Shown in pieces: positions 48,000 to 62,192 of a DNA stretch of 64,000 nucleotides. Every line of letters starts with the position of its first letter. Position 1 is the stretch's first letter. The notes under the pieces were generated by a model. It worked only from the letters and a program-made list of their open reading frames with translations, was not told the origin of the DNA and made no database searches. Source of the DNA: Cycas panzhihuaensis (taxonomy: Eukaryota; Plantae; Cycadophyta). Made by a program: the position numbers and the translations under genes. Location: positions 205,971,741 through 206,035,740 of the forward strand of contig CM041465.1 in assembly GCA_023213395.1 (NCBI GenBank), given 5' to 3'.

Positions 48000-50900
48000 T
48001 TATTGGATGAGGACCCCAAAGTAACCATGATAATACTAGGAGAGGCAATTGAATCCACAATTGTAATGGGGAGGTTAACACTGAACATGTTATTAGAACA
48101 TACCTAGAGAAGGTTGGGGTGCCTAGAAATGGTTGTTACAACGTGCTTGATCAAGTTGGTAAATTAGTTGCGAATTAGACCCCTTGGGAGTGGTTCTTAA
48201 TCAAGAAGTCAACATTGTAGGCATGGTGGTGAGCCTTGGGCTTGTGATCATAGAAATGGTGGGAGGAGGACTATCATATCTGCCATTACTTGGATGCCCA
48301 TGTTTGTATGATACAAAATGTTTGCAGATTTGGAGGAAATGCACCTTCACCTTAATGTACAATGAAAAGATCATATTACTTCTAATGACATGTAAGCCAA
48401 CAATGACACAAATTGTACTAGATGTAGGGTCCAACATGACTATTGGCAGGGAGCCTATTGCAAGCTCCTTTGAAAAAGCCACAATATTTCTATGTGCCAA
48501 AGAAGCCACAACAATGAACAATTCTTAGGTGTTGGAGCCCATCTACTTTGGAGAATTGCAACCAAATTTAACCTCAAAAGGGGGAGAAATAAACCCTTAT
48601 TTAGCAACTTGGCTCCAAGGAGCTTATGAGGCAGATGAAGCCTTATTTGACTGAACACACATCTATTATATATGATACTAATAATGTTAATAATATAAGT
48701 ACTATTAATCAATATATGAGTGTAGATACTAATAGTGGTACTACTACTAGTAGTAATGGTAGCAATAATAATGATAGCGATAGTGAGTCATATGAAGATG
48801 CAGATGAATCACTAGTGTCTGTTGTAGTGTCGGACATGAGTCCATTTATAAGGATATGTTTGATTTAGAGGAGTTAGTAATTGGCAATGTAGAAGAGGTA
48901 ATAGTTGATAATGTAGAAACAAAGGATAGAATGGAAAAACTTATGGTACATACCACCATCGATAATAATAAAACTAGTTCTAATAGGGATGTCATCCCTA
49001 ACTTTGTGGGAATTGATTCCACAAGGTTAGGAACATACCATCTAAAAATACCATCTAAAAAGATGTGTAGAGGGAACTTAAAAGAAGAAGAAAATAAGTT
49101 TCCACTAGAATATATTGAATTGAATTATAAAGATAGAGAGGTGGCTAGTGCTTCAGGTCATCAATTGGATAATGGTAAACAAGATTGCCCAAGCCCAAGC
49201 TTTATTTGAATAATACCATAATGTATTCACCTGGTCCTAGAAATATGTGAAAGGAGTACCTGTGGAGATTGGTGTCCATGGAATAGATTTAATTGAAGGT
49301 GCAAAACTAAGTAAACAACATTTGTATAAAATGCATCCTAACCTCAAGGAAAGAGTCAAGCTTCAATTGGATAAATTGTTGGAAGTAGGGTATATTTATG
49401 AGATTGACTACAATAAATGAGTTAGTCCTATTGTTGTGATACCTGGAAAGAATGATAAAATTTGAATATGTATCGACTATAGGCACATGAACAAAGTCAA
49501 AGAAAGATCCATTCCCTATCCCCTTTATGTAAGATGTGCTAGAAATGGTTGGAGGGAAGGAAGCCTTCTTGTTCACAGGTGGCTTTATCAAATATAGTCA
49601 AGCAAGCATTGCGTCAGGTGATCAATCCAAAATGACCTCTGCCATTGAATGGGACATGTATGCCTATAGAGTAATGCCATTTGATTTACCAAGAACCCTA
49701 GGCAACTTCCAATTGATTGTTTTGAACATTTTCAAGAAGATGATAGAGGAAAAGGTTGTAGTCTTCTTATACAATTGGACTTTGTATGGAATTTCAAAGA
49801 ATCATTTAGATAATGCACAAGAAATGTTGCAAACCTCTTGTGCCTATAAGCTATGCCTGAATATGGGCAAATTCACTTTCCTAGTTTCAATTCGGAATCT
49901 ATTGGGTCATATTCTAAGCAAGGAAGGGTTACTCATTGATCTTGTCAAAGTTGCCACTATTCTAAACTCCCCAAACCCCACCACACTAAAGCAACTCAAG
50001 GGATTTCTAGGTTAACAAGATACTACCATCGATTCATTAAAGGATATGCATATCTCTCAAGACCATTGGAAGAATTATTGAAAAGCATGTTGGGTGGGAT
50101 TTGAGGGAAGAACATTAGAAGGCCTTTGAAGCATTAAGGCATGCGGTTGCCATGACCCCCATCATATGGTTTACATATTGAACAAAAATGTTCCACGTCC
50201 ATGTAGATGCCTCCCAATTTGTGATCAGATGCATATTAGCATAGCCAAGAGAGAAACATTGACCTTCCAATATCCTTCATCAACTAAAAGTTAGCCAAGA
50301 TCGAGCATAACTATACTATCACATAATGAAAAGCCCTAGGGATGTTGTATGTATTGGAGAAATTTTGGTATTATCTTCTATCAAACTCTTTTATATTCTA
50401 TGTGGACTATGAAACACTAATGTATTTAGTGAATAAACCCTTAATGCATGCTCATATTACTTGGTGGTTGATGTTATTCTAAGAGTTTACATTTAAGATA
50501 GTGGTCAAATCAAGAAAAGATCATATTGTACTAGATCAATTATCGTGAATGAAGAATGGCAAATAAACCACGAGTTCATGATGATTTATTAGATGTCCAG
50601 TTATTCGAAGGAGAGGCTTTAGCCTCATAATGGTATGAGGGAATTGTTGAATATTTGGCAATTGAGGAAATGTTGTATGGACTAGATGGAGTTGAGTAAT
50701 GGTATTTGTCATAGAAAACAACTTCATACAAGCTTATTCAAGGTGAACTACACTAATTTTTCCCCAATGATAAAATTGAGATGATGCTTGGCCCCACATG
50801 AGGCAACATAGGTTATAACATAGGCTTGTGAAAGTATAATTCATGGATATGGAAGTAAGGATGTTATAACACAAAACATTTTGAACGTCAGCTTATTGTG

Positions 50901-51741
50901 GTCTACTCTATATGATGATGTATGAAAATGGGTTGAAAAATGTGATTATTGCCAGAGGGTATGAAAACCAAGTTGTTAGAACCTTTAGCCATTAAACCCC
51001 ATCTTATCTAGAGCATTGTTCGATAAATAGGGATTGGATTTCAATGGATCAATCTATCTAGCTACTCTTTGATTACACATCAGTTACATATTAGTAGCCA
51101 TAAATTACATGAATAAATGGGTAGAAGCAAGGCCATTAAGACAAGTCAATGCTAGAAGTATGCCTTGATTCTTCTACAAAGCCATTATCAAGAGATTTGG
51201 TTGTATGGTAGAATTGATAAGTGACCAAGGGGGTCACTTCCTTAATAAAGTACTTGAGAAACTTACAATGACATTCATGATTAGTTATCACAAGTCTACA
51301 CCTTATTACCTGCAAATGAGTAGTCAACATAGAGAGTTCAAACAAAATAATCAAGAATTGCTCATGTATGATTTGTGACATCAATCGGGAAGATTGGGCA
51401 GAGAAGCTACAATCGGTACTACGTGCCTTTTAAACAACATATAAGAGAACAACGGGCCAAGCACCATTCCAAATAATGTATGACATGGAAGCAATTGTCC
51501 TGTACAAATTTGAAATTCCTAGTTTTAGGATTGCATTGGCATGTTGCCTAGACAACCAAGAGTCATTATGAGAATGTCTTCTAAAGTTGTTCCAACTTGA
51601 GAAAGCTAGATCATGGTGATGTGGATGAAACATTCAAAGAGGAATTGTGAAAAATCATAGGATGATCACCATTATAAAAACACCACAATTTGATAAAGGT
51701 GATGAGGTTTTATTATATGACAACAAATTTAAAACACATTG
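48000..51741 (+). pseudogene. pol: G3 pol (PR, RT, RH, IN), strongly decayed
   Basis: YAYRVMPFDL, LLGHILSKEGLLID, KQLKGFLG; VHVDASQF; SDQGGHFLN. Confidence 0.88.
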
Positions 51742-54700
51742 TGTTATGAAACCCTCATCAACTAACTTGTTGGTAGATTCAGTTAAGGATTCGTTCCTTT
51801 TAATGGACCAACATAAGTTGGTCAAACAACATGCTTATTGCAATTAGTAGTGAAGTGTTCCATTGTTGAAGTTGCAGGTGAAAGTCTTATAGCCATGCTC
51901 TTATGAATCCACCATAAGGCATCTTCATGCACATTGCCCCTAGTACCTAGTTGCAATTTAGCAATTGCTTATAAGTGGATTCCATTAATACAAACCTTTG
52001 CAATGCCTCAACTTATTTAGTGGCATAAACCACTGTGTCAACATGAAAAAGATGTTTTGATCTCGTTGTTGGGCATTGGATGACCCCACAAAGTAGTCCA
52101 TCCTCCTTGAGATTGGTTGTCCACCAGGGAGCCATTTATGAGCAGAAACACTAGCCATGTGCATATCTTCGTGGTGGTAGTTGAGGAAGGATCTCACAAC
52201 TCACATTTCCTCACTTGGGTAATTTATTACCATTTTGTTTATGCTTAATTGCCTGCTAGCCCAGGAATGCCATCTAAAACTTACAATCCACATAGGACAA
52301 AGCTTCCATGGGTAGTCAGATAGACAAGCCTAGGCCATTGTCTGTGAGACTTACAACCCGCCTAAGGTATGTCGAACCCATCACAAGCTGTTATAGTCCA
52401 TTAAGGATGTGCCTAGTCTCTTATGGGCTCACAAATCATTAAATTAAGAGACATGGGTGAATAAATAAGCTTTTGGAACTCCTATCTATGGCTTACCCAT
52501 CCTACAACAACTCATACCTTGGCTTCTCATCATAGGTCCATAGGTTTCTCAGGTCATGATGTCTTGATCAAGCACGTAAATACATGTATGTATTGCAATA
52601 ATTAACAACCATGGTCAAATAAACATCTTCTAATCTTTGGCCATGAAAAATCATTATTAAAAGCATAATTAACCATAGAAATACGAATTCCTAACTAGTT
52701 AAGGTTTTTAAGTTATGTGCATACAATCACAAGAAAGCAATCTAACCATAGGAATCAATCCATTTATAAAAATTATCTATAAAAATTATGATTGGACCTA
52801 CACTTGCCCACTAACAAATATCCACACATGCTTGAAATGCCCAACTAGGGTTTGGAGCTATTTTATTAGATGTTTAGCTACAAAAAACAAATATCAACCA
52901 TTTAAATGCCATAGTTTGTTATGTCTACCCACCAATAAATGTATGTTTTGGTTTCTATCCATATAAATAATTTCTGTAACTATTTATCCATAGAAATCCA
53001 CAATTTTCTTCATTTTCCCACACTAGTTTTTTCAAAATTCTTTCATCATAGAGGCTAGGTTTTTAACTTAGCATTTAATGACTTCAATGTTTGATTTTTT
53101 AGTATCATTTTTTGCTTTAAATTTTTGTCCTAACATAGGCAAGTTAAATTTTGAAAATTTGGCTAATTTAGTGGTTTGTGGCCCTATAGACTGTACTATT
53201 TGTATACACAATTCTATAGCTTAAGGTGACCTATATGTATTGTAGTAGATCTATTCAGCCTACATAGGTTTGTACACTTTGTTGACAATTTATACAAGAC
53301 TTATTTTCTCATGTGGGACCTTCATAGGTGTATATAATGTGCGATCTCCTTGTGGATAGAAATTCATACAATTTTCAAAAAGTGATTTTACTTAAATTTG
53401 GACAGAAATATGATTTTTTTTGAAAGTATGAAAGGAAATATCTCAAAAAAATTAAGAAGACATCCATGGAAAATGTTTAAAAGGTTCACATGAAGCATAA
53501 ATTCTAGCAACTTTAGGGCACCTACCTACCTTTTCCTTCATTGATATACCTGAGTCCATGGTTTGGAGTTGGGGGGGTGGATGGGTAGCTAGACTCTAGC
53601 TCTATTACCTCCTCAAGTGCTTCACAATAACTCTTTAATGGCTCCTTGATGGGCCAATCTTTGCTCTCCACTCTCTCCTCTTAGCTCTTGTAGTCCCCAC
53701 TTGTGATGGGAGATAATAATCTAATTCATAATTATCCAACATATATTTATGTAGGAGAAGGTTCTTGAGAAGTCTTAATGGGGTGAAGGTTCATTATTAA
53801 GAGTTGTTCACCCTCTTATGTACTAAGAGAATAAAGTTAGCACTTCTTTAATCCTCTTTTTAGTTATAATCAAGACTTATTTTTGTCTTGTGATGTCTCT
53901 AACCTCCTCTGGGAGATCACTTTCCCAATGATTTTGATTTCCCTTGTAGAAAAAGCTAATTCCTAGTAGCTTTCTCAATAGGTCTATTAAATTTCCAATG
54001 AGCTATTCATGTATTTTCTTTATTTCTTAGCCTCCTTATCCTTTGATCCAGTATTCTTACTGGATCCTATGTAGACTTGGTTAGTTTCAACTACCACCAT
54101 GATTGCATCATGCTGCTAAGAATTTCTAGGCAATGCCATGACGAAGTCCATTGAAATAACTTCCCACTTCTATTCTAGAATCTCCAAGGGTTGAAGTAGT
54201 CCAACTGGATGTCTATGTTGTGTTTTCACCTTTTGCCATTATAAACACTTTGCAACATGTGCCGCTGTCTCTTTTTTCTTGCCTGGCCAAAAGCAAAGTC
54301 TTTTGATAGCAATGTAGGACTTTTGATAACCTAAATCTCTTGCATAAGGAACATTATGTTCTTCCTCGATGATCAAGGATCAAATTTCTTTGTCCGTTGG
54401 CACATAGACCCATGTTTGAAATATAAGAAAACCATCATTTGTTATTCTTTAGTCTTCATACTTGCGTAGTAGTTTGGCATCTATTAGTTGTGATTCCTTC
54501 TTCTTTTCTAGGAAATCTTTCACTTCTTTATACAATTCATCATTGGAAATTTTTTTCCTTATGGTTTCGTTTAAATTTGATTTGAGAATGCTCATTGAGA
54601 CAATGTACCTTCTTCAACTAAAAGCATCGACTACCTTGTTTTCTGTTCCTTTTATATGTTGTACATGGAAATTATACTCACATAGGCACTCCATCCATAT

Positions 54701-54928
54701 CCTTTGTCTAGTGTTTTGTTGCAACTATGTGAAGATGTGTTTTAAGCTATTGTGATATATTTTTAATTCAAATTTCTTTCTAAGAAGATAATGGCTCTAT
54801 GCTTTCAAAGTGTGCATGACTACTGCAAGTTCCAAGCCATATGATGGGCAATTGTTCTCTTTGTCTTTTAGCTTTTGTGACTCATAAGAAATTACTCTTT
54901 CGTTTTGTATAAGTACTACTCCAATGCC
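51742..54928 (-). mobile_element. Chromovirus (Tekay-like) Gypsy G4: RNase H, integrase Zn finger, chromodomain and probable long 3' LTR (~51742-53600); interrupted by G5
   Basis: Minus strand reads ISYESQKLK, LELAVVMHTLK, IKGTENKVVDAFS, PVGLLQPLEI...WEVISMDFV, DPVRILDQRIRRLRNK; LTR limits are tentative. Confidence 0.75.
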
Positions 54929-55042
54929 TGTTGGGACCCATTTTTGTTAATAATGGGTAAATGTCGAATGTTGTGTTAACAAAGGGGAATTTGTTAGGGC
55001 AAGAAGTTAGTAGTTACCAACCGACAGACGACAGTTCCAAGA

Positions 55043-55073
<31 letters not shown>

Positions 55074-55363
55074 CATATGTGTGTGTGTGTGTAATGAGAA
55101 TAGACGAAAGGTGTGCAATATTGCACATCTTGATCTTAGTGGATGGTACTAGGCTTATATGGGATAATCACATCCTGCCTTGTGTATAACCAATTTTGAT
55201 ATAATAATATACTATGTGTTGTGTATATTCTGTATTGTGTTCCTAAGTTGAGTACTATCCATATGTTGCCCTACTTTTCATATGATGTTATTAAGGCGAT
55301 GCGATTGGTTGTGTTGCACCATCTTATCTCTTCCTAGTATAAACCCATGGTTAACAGTTAACA
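54929..55363 (+). repeat. G5 5' LTR containing (AT)n(GT)n microsatellite 55043-55092
   Basis: TG...CA termini, matches 63906-64000. Confidence 0.92.
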
Positions 55364-55699
55364 TTTGGTATTGTTGCCAACCTAGGAACGAGATAAAGAT
55401 GGGTAGACTGAGGTATTAAGAACAAGTTAGATGTAGATGACAATTCATAATCACTATAGAAATCAAACAGCATTTCCGAAGAAGATATTAGGATTATTAT
55501 TGAGTTGAAACCTTTCTTGTTATGGAAAGGCATCATCGAGTAGCACTTAGATGATGTCATCATCCAAGAACCAGTAATGCTTGCTAATATTGTGGAGTAT
55601 CTTCGTTCTGATGCACAATTCTGAACAACCAACAGATGTGTTTAAGCACAAGACTATAAGCAAGACTAGCCAACAATCACGAGTAAGGAGATTTGATCA

Positions 55700-58600
55700 G
55701 ATACGCGTACTAAAGCAATAAGAATCAAGAGCGTTAACATAGATTGATTAGTCAATAATTAAATGAGGACAGCAAGTGTGGCAAGCTTGGAAGCAACAAC
55801 ATCGGCCCAATCCAGACTTAAAAGAAATTGAGGAAGCATCTACGCATCTAAGTCTACGAAAACATGAGCAATCATTAGTCGGTGTGCAAGAACAAGAACA
55901 CACTAGCCCTAGTAAAAAAGGGGCCTTGTTTGGAAAGTGCTATGAATGAAGGAGAAAGAAGTGCACAGACGATTTTAGACAACAAGGCTACAACAATTAA
56001 AATATGCAAGATCTCTGGTTAAACCACCAGAATTATTAATATCTACAATGGCAACATCATCCAAAGGAGGTGCAAAGCAGAAACTATAGACATTTAATGG
56101 GAAAGTAGACGAAGATCTGACCAGACATTGTAATGTGTGCGAAATGATACGGATAGCGAACGATGAAACAGACAAAGACTGTTGGCTATAGGCATTTGTA
56201 GTCACGTTACAGGATGTTGCGAATGATTAGTTTAAAGAATTCAACAAAGGTCATTTCAAGAAATGGGCCGACTTGCATGAAGCCTTTGAAAAAGAATTCA
56301 GATTGTTATGAGATGACAATGAGGTGATGGACTGGATATACAATCTCAAACAAGAAACTAATGAAACAATAAGAAGTTATAATACAAAATCTAAAAGTCT
56401 AATCAAGAAAATGGAAAGTGAAGTAATCGATGGATTGAGAAAGGTGGTTCCTAGAAGGGTTACTTCCAAGATATCAAGGAAAACTTCAAGTGGTTCCTCC
56501 TTGATCATACCAAGAGGCACTAGATCGCACGATGAGTCTTGAGATTGAAGAAAAAGAAGAGGCCTAGCACTAAGAGAAAACGATTGAAGCCGAAACAAAG
56601 GATGAATCTTCTATTGAGGTTTTGAAAGAAGATTTGATGCGAATGATGAAAGATTTCACACAAAGCCAATCCAAGGAAAGGTGACACACTGGTGCATCAA
56701 ATGCCAAACCAAAGGACATATGAAGTCAAGGTGTCCGAAAAATCAAGAATTCAAGTACTACCATATTTGTAAAATGAGTAATCATGATACTGAAGAATGC
56801 GGGTTTAACATCCGCACACATAGAAGACAAGAGCGAGAGGTCTTCTTTACATGCCAAGAAACCAATAGACCTCCTCTTGGAAGAAGACGTGGGTCAAGCC
56901 AACCAATACAAAGAGATGCTCCAAGATGGCCGATGATTCAGTGCTTCCAGTGTAAATTGTGGAGACACTTTAGTAGAGATAGCCCCAACTTGGAAAATAA
57001 CATTTCAACATTATGCCAATGGTGCAGACCTAGTGGTCATGATAACAACCATTGTCCTAAACAACAAAATAAAAATGTCAATCTTGTGGGTGTAATGTCG
57101 GAAAATGGAAAAAAGGATGCTACCCAAACCCTGCCAGCATATGCAGTATACATAAGGAGAGCTAAGAAACTTGAGTACCTGGAACCTTTGAACAAGAAAG
57201 AATGCTTACACCAAGCTAGAGACTTGATATAATCGATATAGGAGCATGAACATAATGTGGTTCTAACACCTTCACAACTTGGTGATTCGCCAATGCAACT
57301 ACCAACGATGGTACTCACGGTAATGGAGTCACTACCATGATTCTTGATCAATTCCTATGAAGCGAGATAACTGTAAAAATTTTGACATTGCTTGAACACG
57401 ATTCACTACTATTACAAGCACTAGAGGATTACATACAATAATTGAAGTTGAAACAAAAAAGGGTTGTTCAGGAAACTTCAAAAGACTGCATCCAAATTCC
57501 TAACAACTTAGTGGCACTTGAGTCTCAAGTAGAAAGAATATCATGTACGTTCTCTTAGAGTCGACCGGGACAACTGTTTCAATCACTTTATTAGGACGTG
57601 TTATATAATACCGTGGTAGATGGCGGGGCTGTAGTGAATATTGTACTAGTAACGACATGGCAAAAAGTTAGCAGACCTACGTTATGGCCTCCTACATTTC
57701 GACTACGATTGGCTAATCAACATGGCGTACAACCACTAGGCATGGTGTGGGCACAGAATGTTCACACTGGAAACCAAGAATTCGTAGCGGATTTTGTCAT
57801 TATGCCTATGATTGACGAAACACATCCACCATATGAAGTACTTTTGGGACAAACTTGGTTACGAATTGCGTGTGTACTCCAAAATTGGGGTCACAACACA
57901 TTAATAATTAAGCAAAAAAGAAAAAAAACAATTAATAAATTTGAATCATCATACTATAAGAAAAGAATTAGTAGATTCTAGCTCTTCAGATGAGGGCAAT
58001 AGCGATATTGATGATGATAAATGTACTGAATGTTCTAAAGAGGATCAACACCCTTTGAGTACAATATTTGATGATGATAATATATGTGAACCAATTAAAG
58101 GTGTTTTGTATTTGAATCCATGTTCTGACGATGGGATAGAATCAATTAGTGGGTTATTTCATTAGCAATAACAAGAACATGAAGTATTTTCATGCTATTT
58201 AGTTGAAATAGAACCATTGGACCACATAAATGCTTACTAGATCCAAGATACAGATGATGATTGCAAACATGAATACCCTAACCATTCTTATGAAGTTGTC
58301 AAAGAAAACCAAACATTACTTCAAAATCTAGCACATAATTTTAATAAGGATCAAATTTTCTATGAGGAAGCATCACAACAATCAGTAGATTTAGGCATTG
58401 AACAAAACAAGCAAACAATAATGATGGGAAACAATTGGGATCCAATGTTGATAGCGGTAGTGACAATGATTTTCTTGCACTATAAGGGTGTTTTTACCTG
58501 GAGATACAAAGACTTAAAAGGGATACCAAGAGAATTATGTGAATATAAGATTGAACTAATACCAGGGTTGAAACCAGTAAAACATCGCCCATATCGAATG

Positions 58601-61183
58601 AATTCCAAATACGCGGAACAAGTAGATGCAGAAATCAGAAAAATGTTGGATGCAGGAATTATATTTAAAGTTGAAACAAGTTACTGGGTTTCACCAATCG
58701 TAGTAGTTCCCAAGAAAAATGGAAAATTATGCATTTGTGTTGATTTTTGAAAATTAAATGCAGTAACTTGTAAAGACCCATTTCCCATTCCGTTTACCGA
58801 CACCATATTGGAAGAAGTTGCTAGACATGAGGTATACTCATTCTTAGATGGCTTTTCAAGCTACAAATAGATAATCATTACAGAAAAGGATAAATTAAAA
58901 ACTACATTTGTCACACAAATTGGAATTTTTGCATACAACTGAATGCCTTTTGGACTTTGTAATGCTCCTACCACATTTTAGCAGAATCATTATGTATGTA
59001 TTTGATCAGTTATCATTGAACTTAGTAAAAGTATTCAGTTATCATTATGTAGATGATTAGTTATCATTATTTGATCAGTTATCATTATGTAGATGATTGG
59101 TCCATTTATGGTAACCTTAAAGATCATCTTCCATTATTGATAAAATGTTTGAAAATTTGTCGAAAAACAAAACTATCACTAAATCTAGAAAAATGCCAAA
59201 ATTCTTAGTTCCATATGGCAAGCTATTGGGACATATTGTTTGCTCTTGTGGGTTGAAAATGGATCCAGATAAAATTAAAGTCATAATGGATTTGATGCCA
59301 CCATCAAATGTTGTAGAAGTACGGATCTTTCTTGGACATATAAGATACTACTGTCAATTCATAAAAGGATTTTTTCACATTGCGCATCCCTTAGAAGAAT
59401 TGTTACAGAAAGGGGCAAGTTTTACCTAGGGAATGAAGAACAAACAACGTCTGAAGATCTTAAAAATAGACTTATTACAACCCCAAATTTAGTTCACCCA
59501 GATTGGACGAAGAATTTCATATTCATGTGGACACATCACAAATAGCAATTGGGTGTACACTAGCCCAAGAGGGTAGTCATAAGTTTGACTTACCCATCTA
59601 CTTCGCCAGTAGATGATTGAATAGAGTAGAAAAGAGTTACTCAACAATCGAAAGAGAAGCATTAGGAATGATTTGTGCTATGCAAAAATTTTGACTTTAT
59701 CTCTTAGCAAATCCTTTTGTATTTTTGGTTGACCTTTAAGCCCTTTTATACATGATCAACAAACCCATCACTGAAGGAAGAATAAGATGATGGTTATTAT
59801 TCCTTCAGGAATTTAATTTTAAAGTAGTTGTTTGACCAAGTTGCACGCATATAGCTGCGGATCACTTACCGAGAATTTAGACAAGGGAAGAACCTCATGG
59901 AGTAAATGATGAATTTCCCGATGCTAAACTATTCCAAGTGATAGCAACTCCACCAAGTTATGATGATATAACGGGATATTTAAGCTCAGGGTCATTCCCT
60001 GTAGATATGCCCTCACAACAACGTAGAGATCTTGTGACAAAAGCAACACCTTATCAACTAATAGGCGGATTCCTATATAAACTAGGAAAGGATTATGTGT
60101 TACCATGATGTGTAATGCCAGAAGAAGTGTCAACAATAATCAATGAAGCTCATAGAGGTACTGTTGGCAGCCATGTTGGACCCAAATCCACAGCTAGGAA
60201 GATTTTATTATCAGGATTATTGTGGCCACAATTATTCAAGGACACAATAGAGTATGTCTCTAAATGTGATATTTGCCAAAGAATGGGCCAACCCTTAGAA
60301 CATGATTTTATGCCTTTACAACCATATTTAGCTCAAGGAGTTTTTGAACGATGCGGATTAGATTTTGTGGGACCTTTTAAACATGCCTCACGAGTAACAC
60401 ATGCAAAATATATCTTAGTTGCAGTGGACTACCTCATAAAGTGGGTTGAGGCAAAAGCACTCCAAGTCAATTCTGCATGAAGCATAGCCATATTCCTGTA
60501 CCAGATTTGGGTGTCCATTAGAAATTGCCAGTGATAGAGGAGCACATTTTATAAATGACACAATCCATTGTTTAACATAGGGATTCATGATTTCACATCA
60601 TAAGTCGACACCCTATTATCCATGAGCTAATGAACAAGTAGAATCAAGTAATAAAATAATAGTTGCAATGTTAACTAAACTTTGCAATATGAATATAAAT
60701 GATTAGGCAGAACAATTACATTCAATTCTATGGGCTTTTAGGACTGCTTACACAACTACTACTGGTCATACTTCGTTTCAATTAGTTTATGGTGCAAAAG
60801 TAGTTCTTCCTATTTAAGGATTGTTGTACAACAAGAATGACTGTATTCAACCAATATTCAAGCCCGACTAGAAACAATTTTAGCTTTAGATGAAAATTGA
60901 CAACATGCACAATGGGTGATGAACGCAATACAACAATGGAGAAAAAAAATGGAACGACAAAACATTACATCCAAAAATATTTAAAGAAGGAGACCTTGTT
61001 CTTAAGTATGATGGCAAGCATTTTATAAAACCATGTAAGCTCAAAATTTGATGGCTTGGTCCATTTATAGTCAAAAAGAAAATTGAGAATAGAACAGTGG
61101 AAGTGGCACAGATTAATAACACATAAATACTTATGACCAATGGATCAAAACTAAAACTTTACAAAACCAATGTGCCAATATAG
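55700..61183 (+). pseudogene. gag-pol: G5 gag-pol (capsid, four CCHC-type knuckles, PR, RT, RH, IN), disrupted
   Basis: WCIKCQTKGHMKSRC; VVDGGAVVNI; WVSPIVVVPKKNGKLCICVDF; AHRGTVGSH...GLDFVGPF; NGSKLKLY then TAG 61183. Confidence 0.93.
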
Positions 61184-61340
61184 GGCACAAATGAAAATGA
61201 CACATGAAGAACAATAATTACTTGACCTATTATTGTGTAATAATTTACAAAATTTATTTAGCAAATAAAATGCATAATTACTCTATAAAAAAAAAGTATA
61301 GTTAAATAAATAAAATAAAATAAAATAATTAAAAAAAATA

Positions 61341-61730
<390 letters not shown>

Positions 61731-62192
61731 ATGGTTAAAAAGAAAAATCATATATACAAATCGATTCACTGGAGGATGATCAGCCAGTGGCGTCCGAGAG
61801 CAGTCGATCGACTGATAGGCCGCCGATCAACGGTAGTTGATCGACCAACGGTGCCCAATTGGCCAACGGACTGCCGATCGGCTGGGCACCAATCAATCGA
61901 GAAGCCGCCGATCGACTGGCGACCGTCACCGTCAACCGTGAGTGGAAAACCACGGGCAGTCCATGGTTTCAGCCAAACCGTGGGCGAAAGCCATAGGTGG
62001 TAGCCCACGGTTTTCTAAACCCATGGGTGGCAAACCACCGATAAAACCACACCCCCATAGCTTTCAAACACATGTTGTTGTTTTTTTTCTCTTTTTAACG
62101 TTGACGGAGATGAAGGAAAACAGAGACGAAGACATAGACAATTGACAGAGGTTAACGAAGATGATTGAATAGTGATAGGGTAAACAGACGAT

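Larger units (their letters stand above)
34880..51741 (+). mobile_element. Old Ty3/Gypsy G3 (same lineage as G1/G2), hosting C3 in its 5' LTR and C4 in gag; cut by G4; left boundary uncertain
   Basis: LTR end AGTCAACA 41080 followed by PBS TAGTTCCATTACC 41082-41094 (decayed TGGTTCCGTTGCC); gag, PR, RT, RH, IN colinear with G2. Confidence 0.82.
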
